Part shown: positions 55,061 through 64,000 of the stretch, piece after piece
Layout of the letters: every line of letters begins with the position of its first letter
Position numbering within the stretch: position 1 is the stretch's first letter
From: Octopus vulgaris
Taxonomy: Eukaryota
Reading direction: 5' to 3'
Length of the DNA: 64,000 nt
NCBI GenBank assembly: GCA_951406725.2
Contig: OX597818.1
Location: forward strand, 32,364,001 to 32,428,000
Program-made: the position numbers and the translations under genes
Notes under the pieces: generated by a model
What the model was told of the DNA's origin: nothing
Database searches by the model: none
The model's input: the letters and a program-made list of their open reading frames with translations, nothing else

Positions 55061-55470
55061 GTTAGTTTGTTAGTTAGTTAATTTTTTGGCTCAAAAAGCA
55101 AAAAGCAAGGCCATGTAGGGGGACATGGAGTTATGTACAGGGTGGTGTTCATGTAAAGAGTTCAGGCCATCTTCGTCGGCATCTTCACCATCTCGTCCGG
55201 TAGCTTATTCCATGGATCCGCAACCCGGACGGAGAAAGCCCCTCTCCTTCGATTGAGATGAAATCGTCGCAGATAGAGTTTTCGGAATGACCCCGCAGCC
55301 GACGCTCTGGAGCAGGAGTGAAGAACAGCTCTTTCGAGAGGTTACACTTTCCGCTTATGATGTTGTGAGCAAGAATGAGATCACCACGGTGTCGTCGTTT
55401 TTCTAGAGAATAAAGGTCGAGCGTCTTCAGCCTTTCTTCATAAGACAAATTCTTGAGACCAAGAACCATG
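55061..55470 (-). mobile_element. 3' end of a CR1-clade LINE
   Basis: MVLGLKNLSYEERLKTLDLYSLEKRRHRGDLI...LRGHS is the typical CR1 ORF2 C-terminus. 3' UTR hairpin ccatgt(ccccct)acatgg and (TAAC)n tail. Confidence 0.88.
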
Positions 55471-56089
55471 TTGTTAATCTTCAGGGTAGTCTGTGAACCG
55501 CCTTCTTTGGTCGTCCAGCCAGTCGTAGAAGTTCTTTTGGTGCGTTTAAAATCAAGGATTGTCAACTACGAAGTGATTTCTATGTACTCGTAGCTCGGAT
55601 TAATTTCTACTGATCTAGATTTGACGCAAGATTTCTTTGGGCATTATCATCTTATCTCACCAGATGACGGAAAGGATTTAAAGGCGTCTATGGTTTTAAT
55701 ATATCGGCTGTGATCCATCTCCTACACCAATACGAAGGAATCGAAACACGGATTGCTCTGTAGACAGGGACCTCAGTACAAAGGCTGAGTTAGTTGTTTT
55801 AAGACACTTTCTTTCTTAACATTCCACTGGATACGGTAGTCTGTCTGAGGCGATTTAAAATTTACCGGTCCAGTGAGCAGGCGTTGGAAATCATGTTGTC
55901 AAGGCAACGAGTTGGGAAAGTGCAGCTAGTTAAGTTAGTTATTGCTGTTGCAATAAAAATGTTGGGTGGCGGGGGGCATGCGCATTTACTGCTCACCTTG
56001 CATATACATAGCTTAAATATACTCACATAAACATACACACACACTCGAAATTATTTTCTTTTTTCTCTTACGTATATTAATCGGTATCT

Positions 56090-56304
56090 TTTAGCTTTTA
56101 CCTTTTACTTGTATCAGTCATTAGACTGCGGCCATGCTGGGACACCACCTTAAATTTTTAGTTGACTGAATCGACCCCAGTACTTATTTTTTAAGCCTGG
56201 TACTTATTCTCTCAATCGCTTTTGCCGAACCGCCAAATTACAGGGACGTAAACACACCAACGCCGGCTGTCAAGCGGTGGTGGGAAGACAAGTACAGACA
56301 CAAA

Positions 56305-56354
<50 letters not shown>

Positions 56355-56516
56355 CGACAGGCTTCTTTCAGTTTCATCTATCAAATTCCCCCACAAAGCT
56401 TAGGTCGGCACGAGGTTATAGTAGAAAACACTTGTTCAAGGTGCCTCGCAGTAGGTCTGAACCCGGAACCATGTGGTTGGGAAGCAAGCTTCTTACCACA
56501 CAGCCACTCTTGCGCC
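56090..56516 (-). mobile_element. SINE family A, full-length, older variant
   Basis: Complete colinear match with an internal (CA)(TA) tract. Confidence 0.9.
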
Positions 56517-56640
56517 AATATGTTTTAGATATTTTACTTCTGTTTTCGATAATTAAGAATTAGTGAAAATTTCCTACTCAATTTAACATCTACCGGTGCG
56601 TATACATGTAAACATACATTCACATGTATCACATTAATGT

Positions 56641-56684
<44 letters not shown>

Positions 56685-57574
56685 CCTTAAACTTTTATAC
56701 AAATGAGACACAAACAGTTACGTATGAAAATAAAATTCATAAATGGTGGCTTTGTTTTTGTTGATGAGATTAATTTGGTCTTTAAGCAGTTCATATTTGC
56801 ACAATGGGTGGTGGTATGTGACCTTTCACCATCACAGGCAAGATTCTAATCGATAAATGGCAACAGGAAATAATTTCTAACCCCTCCAGTTCAATCCAAT
56901 CCCAAAATAGGATTCTCATTTCTTTTGTGTTATTTCGGTATTTGCAATTTGCAATTTTTCATTTAATAAGCACTCTTAACTTTTCCCAGTTTTCCCAGCT
57001 ACTTTGTAAATCTTGTTAAAGGAGAGAGAAATGGAAGAAATGAAATTTAAAACAAGCATTCCAAAACATACGTTTTGCTGCTATAGTTACCCGCACCAGG
57101 AGAAGAACAATTGTAAATTAACAATTACAACTGTTTCATCGAGGTTGTTATCCCATCATTTACTCGTTTTTGACTCGAGAAAAAGATGAGAGAAAGAGAA
57201 AAAGAAAAAGACAGAGAGAGGATGGCAGGTGGAAAAGCAGTGACTGCTACAAACAACTGTAATATTGTTACAACGTCAACATAAAAACGTTTAAAATATT
57301 TAAAGCAAGCAAGCTCCAATTACCAATACAAACATAGTCAACGACCAAAGAGTCAAAACTCATCAACGTTTCGAATCAAATTTTCATGAGCTTCACTCGT
57401 TTTCACTTTGCAGAAAATATCGACAATTGTCAAAACAAACACGAAAACCAATCATAACAATTCCAAAATTGTAATCCACTGTAGTCACAACGATTACAAC
57501 TACTAATGCTATGCAACGTGGTGTGGTGACTCGACTTTATAGATATAGCATCTCAATCTACTGTGGATAATATA

Positions 57575-58132
57575 GTGGGTTGTCCGGAAAGTTCGTGCCA
57601 ATTTTTAAAAGAAAGAAAAAGTCAAGAAATACTTGCCATTACATTTTTAATCAACCAAATATGAACCATTTTGTTGCACAATGAGTCTCCATCTTTCATT
57701 TAACTCGAAAATACCCTCTTCCCAGAATTGAGGTAGTTTCATGGCAAAGAATTCATCAAGGTATCTTTTTACATCATCCAAGGTATTGAAATTTATACCA
57801 TTATGCAGAGACTTGAATAAGTGGAAATCCGAAGGAGCAATATCTGATGAATATGGAGGGTGAGGGGTAACACATACCAGCTGAGCTGCAGCAATTTTTG
57901 TCTGGTTCCAAAAGCATCAAGTGCCAAGAATGAACTTTCCTATCTTCTATTTTAAAGGGTTACAGAATTAACACAGGTTATAGGAACATAAACCTTCTTC
58001 CACGAAAATATAGCTTAATCTGTGCTCTAAATGAAGGTGTAGTCAAATCCTATTTTATGGATTCAACCATGTTCTAAAATAAGTCGAAATGTAAGCTACT
58101 AGAAATCGGCACGAACTTTCCGGACAATCCAA
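57575..58132 (-). mobile_element. Internally deleted mariner transposon, 558 bp
   Basis: TIRs gggttgtccggaaagttcgtgccaattt / aaatcggcacgaactttccggacaatcc flanked by TA. On -, an N-terminal remnant EDRKVHSWHLML is joined to HPPYSSDIAPSDFHLFKSL...FWEEGIFELNERWRLIVQQNGSY. Confidence 0.92.
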
Positions 58133-58577
58133 TATATTTTACAGTTTTGTGAAAGGAAGTAAAAGGAAGTACTTTTCGATAATGGATACCAAGGAACACT
58201 GAAAATAGAATGTAGTGCTTTTGATGATAAGTGTGCTCCTTCAGGGTTTATGTAGGACAAAGCAACAACGACACCAACACAAAACCAACAAGAAAGCTTC
58301 TACGTGGTCGTCGTTATTTTAAATATAGCAGAGAAATCTGAAGTCACATATATTAGATAATGTATATAATTTTTGGTGAAATATGTTTGGACAAAATCAA
58401 GGGTGAGATAGGTTAGAGCAATTTTGATCATAGGTCTGCTCATTCAAGGGTGACTCAGAATTGAACGACTGTAACAATTACTGTTAGCAATACTCTCAAT
58501 AACATTACGTATACACACATGTTTGTGTGTGCATGTGTGAGAGAGAGACCGAGGGAGATGCTCCTAAAATACTAATT

Positions 58578-59158
58578 ACTCTTTACGCTATAGGAGAAAC
58601 GGCTTGAAAGTTTGGTTGAAAGGGACAGTCGATCAGATCGACTTCAGTGCTGAGCTGGTACTTATTTCATCGACCCTGAAAGGGATGAGAAACGAAGTCG
58701 ACCTCGGCAGAATTTGAACTCAGAACGTAAAGACTCGGAAGAGATGCCTCTACACATTGTGCTTGATATGCTAATGATTCCGCCAGCTCGCTGCTTTACT
58801 TATTACCACTAATAATCCTTTCTACTATAGACACAAGGCCTGAAATCTTGGGGGAAGGGACCAGTCGATGACGTCGACCCTTCAGTTTGACTGGTACTTA
58901 ATTTATCAACCCTGAAAGGATGAAAGTTTATTACCACCAATAACCCTTTCAACTAAAGGTACAATGCCTGAAATTTGAAGGAAGGGGCTAAGTCGATTAC
59001 ATCGACCCCAGTACTCAACTGGTACTCATTTTAACAAGCTCGAAAGGATGAATGGCAAAATGGACGTCGGCGGAATTTGAACTCAGAACGTAAAAACGGA
59101 CGAAATGCCGCTAAGCATTTTACCCGGCGTGCTAACGATTAAGCCAACTCGCCGCTTT
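58578..59158 (-). mobile_element. Cluster of three head-to-tail SINE family B copies (alternative tail)
   Basis: Copies at ~58578-58797, ~58810-58925 (partial) and ~58940-59158, separated by ttattaccac(t/c)aataa. Confidence 0.82.
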
Positions 59159-59526
59159 AATTATCACCCCTAATAATAATAACAACAAATATAACAAATA
59201 TAAAGCGTACCCAAAATGTCGATCCTGCTAGAAGCAGCAGTCAATCATCTTACGAAACACAAGGTCTACTTAAGGTAAACGTATATATAGACCTACTACT
59301 ACGTGTTTTGAAACGGTGAGCTGGTAACGATTGCAAACGTTTAATTGATGAGAATTAATTAGGGGCCCAAAGTCCAACAATGTTAATTTATCGAGGATAA
59401 ATCACAGGAGGAGGAACGAATATAACAAGCGGTTCGCAAAAATAAACGCCACCGCTAGTAATAACAAATAACAACAATATCTACATTGCCAAGAACACTA
59501 TCCACGGTCGACAATGCAATCGATAT

Positions 59527-59566
<40 letters not shown>

Positions 59567-59899
59567 GTGTGTGTGTATTGAAAACTGATTTCTAATATGA
59601 TTGTGTTGGTCCTCTTATAAAAATACTCGACGCTTTTTTTTTATCCACCACTACCACCACCTGCCTACCAATCCGTCCTTTCAGCTTACAACTGAAAGAT
59701 TATTTTGAAACAACATGGCCGACATATTGATCACATTTATGTCTGTTACACAGAGACGTAAATTTGGAAATAATAGATTTTTACACAGAAGAAGCTACAC
59801 ATCGTATTTTTATATATACCAGCGCCCCTGTCGCCATATTTAATAATGCCACCACAGGCCAACTCTACCAACAAACAAATAATAACGTCATAAAAACAA

Positions 59900-59902
59900 C
59901 CA

Positions 59903-59934
<32 letters not shown>

Positions 59935-60245
59935 ACAACACCACCACCACCGCCGCCGCCACTACAACCACCACCACCACCGCCGCCGCCACTACAACCA
60001 CCACCACCGCCGCCGCCGCCACTACAACCACCACCACCGCCGCCGCCACCACCACCACCTCCGCCAACACCGCCACCACCACCACCGCCGCCAACACCAC
60101 AACCACAACCACCGCCAGCACTACCACCACCATCACCACCACCGCCAGCACTACCACCACCATCGCCACCACCGCCAGCACTACCACCACCACCACCACC
60201 ACCACCACCACCACCATAACCACAACCACCAACAACAACAACAAC
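59900..60245. repeat. Compound (CCA/CCG/CAA)n trinucleotide repeat with 27-30-bp higher-order units
   Basis: Directly visible. It produces the poly-Pro and poly-Val ORFs. Confidence 0.9.
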
Positions 60246-60854
60246 AGACGATGAAAATACAACAGTAAATACACTTCAACAGCAGAAACTTCAGTATTGT
60301 TACATCTTTTTTTTTTGTCAAAATTGTCTGAGTTGCTATATTTCTGCAAAAAAATCTATTAAAGTGTGCTATTCAAATATCGTCTGGTGGTGTTATTTTA
60401 AAGGCACACAACACAAGCATAGTAATGTTTTCAGAAGTAGAAATTCCTTTAAAAAAATTTCTTTAAATTCTACACTATCTGCCTCCCACTGAAAATCTGA
60501 TTCACTCTCTTGCTCTGGCCGCTCGTAGTGCGTATCACATTCACTTTTTCACTTCTTTCTGAATTTCCTTGCATTCCCGATTTCGTTCCATTCATTTCCC
60601 TGAGAGACCACAGCGATAGGCGACGTGAACACATCATGACCATATAGACGTAAAGAGGAGTGACAGGCAGCCGAAGACGTAACTCGTGACTTGCATAAAA
60701 AAAATCATTGCATTACGTTTGTTTTTATTTACATATAAATAGAATATTTCAAGATGTAAATATGTGTTGGTGTGTGAGATTGATTGTATATTTTATTCTT
60801 CATGTAGTACATAACACCAAGATTGTTCGTCTGATTGCCGCGAGCTTCCAGTCA

Positions 60855-61020
60855 TCGCCGAGTGGATGGCTGTATGTTAAGAATCTCACTTTTCCGACTA
60901 CGAGGTTTTAAGTTCAGTCTCACTGCGCGAAACCTAGGGCAAGAATCTTTTTACTAGAGCCTCGGGCGAGACGAAGCCTTGTGGGTGGATTTGGTTGATG
61001 GAAACCAAAAGATGTTCGTT
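60855..61020 (+). mobile_element. SINE family A, 5' half, diverged
   Basis: ggctgtatgttaag...gttcagtctcactgcg...tagggcaag...ggaaaccaaaaga followed by a long TATG array. Confidence 0.7.
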
Positions 61021-61179
61021 GTTCATGTATGTATGTATGTATGTGTGTGTGTATGTATGTATGTATGTATGTATGTATGTGTGTATGTATTTATGTGTGT
61101 ATGTATGTGTGTATGCATGTATATATGTATGCATGTATGTATGTATGCATATATATATGTATGCATGTATGTATGTGTG

Positions 61180-61211
<32 letters not shown>

Positions 61212-61343
61212 TGTATGTATGTATATGTATCTACGTATGTGTGTATATATATATGTGTATGTATATGTGTATGCATATATATGTATATATATATATATAT
61301 AGGCGTATATATGTATATATATGTAGATATGTATACACGCACT

Positions 61344-61375
<32 letters not shown>

Positions 61376-61504
61376 TATATTGGCTGTTCAACAAAATCAA
61401 GTCGGCTGATTTTCAGTACCTGGTTTAAAAATCAGTACTGGTACCCTGACATTATATATATGTATGTGTATATATATATCTATAAATTTATATGTGTGTG
61501 TGTG

Positions 61505-61555
<51 letters not shown>

Positions 61556-61924
61556 CTGATATCTAAGGAGTGAACGATATCAACTGCCACTACTTCAGTG
61601 GTTTAGTACATTCATTGACTAACATATTAGACTCTACATGACATATATTGATTTAAATCTTACACAGCCTAAGTATTTATATCTAACACCATCTGCTATA
61701 TATTGCAAATTCTCGAATATACGTTTATGTCTTTTCCATCAATGTTTTGTTTATAATTTTCAACACTTATACACGCTTCTAGTTTCACATAGAAATATAC
61801 ACACTCTATATCTTTTTATATATGTATGTAGATCTGTGTTATGAACATATATACTCAAACACATACATTTACACATATGTAGATACATATATACATGATA
61901 ATATATCTATATTTAATGGTATAA

Positions 61925-62040
<116 letters not shown>

Positions 62041-62886
62041 TACATATATTTGCAGAAATGTACATAAATGGATATATACGTATACTATGAGTATATATAT
62101 ATGTATATATATATATGTTTGTGTGTGTGTGTTTATATATAGGTATATGTGGGCATATTATATGTAAATATGTATATATACGTGTTTATGTTAGTGTGTG
62201 TATACATATACACACGCTTCCTTACCTCCACTGTTTGTCTTTCCTACATAAGCATTTCCCCCCTGTTTATTTGTGTTTTATATTTTTGACGCACTCCATT
62301 CACCTCTTCATTATTTACCGGTGCCATGTTTGGTAAAACTCTGTCCTCCCGAGACAACGACACTCTATTTTCATATACACACATACAAACTTAAGCGTAG
62401 AAACGTTCGCCAAAGGCACGCTTTCACATATTTGTTCTTTTCTACCAACATACAATTACAGTCATGTGTACTTATATATGCATATTTACTTAAAATACAT
62501 AACTATGTATAAGCATAGTCTTATGAAGCTATTGTTATTTTTACTGTTTCTTTGAGTACAAAAGAAGGTCTTATAATTTTATATAATGTGCTCGGTTAAA
62601 TTCACATACATAGGCAGGTAACATTTTATTTTTGTGCTTACGCACTAATACATATATGGGCGTATGGAAGCAGAATAAAATATATATCTAATTACCTTTA
62701 TGCCTACATGCATACATAAATACGGCTAGAAATATGCGAACACACACAAGCACATGTATGCATCTGTGTGTGTGTGATCATATTTGTGCGTGTGTGTGTG
62801 ATCATGTGTACGTGATTGTGTGTGTATGTGTCTGTGTGTGTGTGTGAGAGAGAGTGTCTATGTCTGTATGTATACAATTACGTATA

Positions 62887-62918
<32 letters not shown>

Positions 62919-63061
62919 ATGTATATATATGTAAATATATTTGTATGTGTATATACACACATATACATGTATATATATGCGTGTGTATGTATATCTATGT
63001 GTATATTTGTATTTATATTTATGTGTATATATGTGCGTATATTTATGTATGTCTATATACA

Positions 63062-63125
<64 letters not shown>

Positions 63126-63794
63126 TATGTGTGTGTGTATATATGTGTGTGTGTGTGTGTTTGCATGTATATGCACGTACGTCCATACAGCTTTGTGTAC
63201 GAGAGTGTTTACACAAAATGTACGCATGGTGAATGCAGATAAGCAAAATGCAAAAAGAGAGGGAAAAAAAAGGGGGGACTAAATGAATAACAAGGGCCAC
63301 TAGTAATACGTTTCATTCTTCCATGAAATGTAAGCCATTCTGTGAATAGAACACTGCTGTGGCGAACTGTGCAGTCTGTTGAATGTAATGAATTACTTCA
63401 GCAATATGCACCTGATGGGTGTTTCTTTTACAATTGCCCCACTGAGCAGCTAACCTAGTAATTGGTTTGTTAATGCCCACATTGTCACATTGAGTTATCA
63501 CTATTTGTACATTATTCCATCAACGTTGAGGAGAAAGGGATCACGCCTTTTTTTAATGGTTGTGCTATGGTTCTAGAAATACCTATAACTCTGTTAAATT
63601 TCGAGAAGAGTTTTCGGGTCTGTCGTAATCGTTTCCGTTTACTAGCTCCCAGTCGTCCTTACAAGCTTCCGCACCATCGTTTTCTGATTCTTCATTGTTG
63701 GCTTACATTTTTGTCTTCGATGGAAACACAAAGACGTTTATGGTTGAAAACACGCTCTTATTTGGTGATTATGTGAAGTTTATTCCATTTTTTT

Positions 63795-64000
63795 TTCTTT
63801 TACTTGTTTCAGTCATTTGACTGTGTCCATGCTGGAGCACTGCCTTTAGTCTTGCAAATCGACCCCAACACTTATTCCTTGTAAGCCTAGTACTTATTAT
63901 ATCGGTCTCTTTTGCTGAACTGCTAAGTTACGGGGACGTAAACACACCAGCATCGGTTGTCAAGCGATATTAGGGGGGACAAACACAGACACACAAACAT
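63795..64000 (-). mobile_element. SINE family A, 3' half (cut by the window edge)
   Basis: cttttacttgtttcagtcatttgactg...gggggacaaacacagacac. Confidence 0.9.

Noticed and set aside
57358-57395. Additional hammerhead-like string on - (CUCAUGA...GAAACGUU)
   Set aside because: Essential G5 is missing, stem I does not form and there is no homology to the element family.
59764-60219. 151-aa proline-rich (formin/extensin-like) ORF
   Set aside because: Explained entirely by a CCA/CCG trinucleotide array; no splice signals or non-repetitive coding context.

Overview
AT-rich, microsatellite-saturated animal DNA, most likely an octopus or other coleoid cephalopod (inferred from the SINE and microsatellite landscape, not proven). 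Only one coding exon is supportable: a 297-nt, phase 1-1 exon (25656-25952, +) encoding the first Ig domain of a PTK7/off-track-like receptor, so most or all of the window is probably two very long introns. Almost every ORF in the supplied track is a simple-repeat artefact. The remainder is a nested transposon landscape: three tRNA-headed SINE families (here called A, B, C), CR1-like and R4/Dong-like LINE fragments, mariner and hAT derivatives, and a decayed Penelope-like element. The best second-look signal is a family of short elements ending in (TA)n arrays that carry minimal hammerhead-ribozyme motifs (six copies, three with an atypical CUGUNGA core, one with a canonical core on the sense strand about 600 nt upstream of the PTK7 exon). 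Also notable: a head-plus-trimer SINE inside one target-site duplication whose tail-to-body junction recurs at another locus, and a duplication-inversion at 50.4-51.5 kb. All calls were made by eye; no database search or folding was run, and repeat boundaries are approximate.
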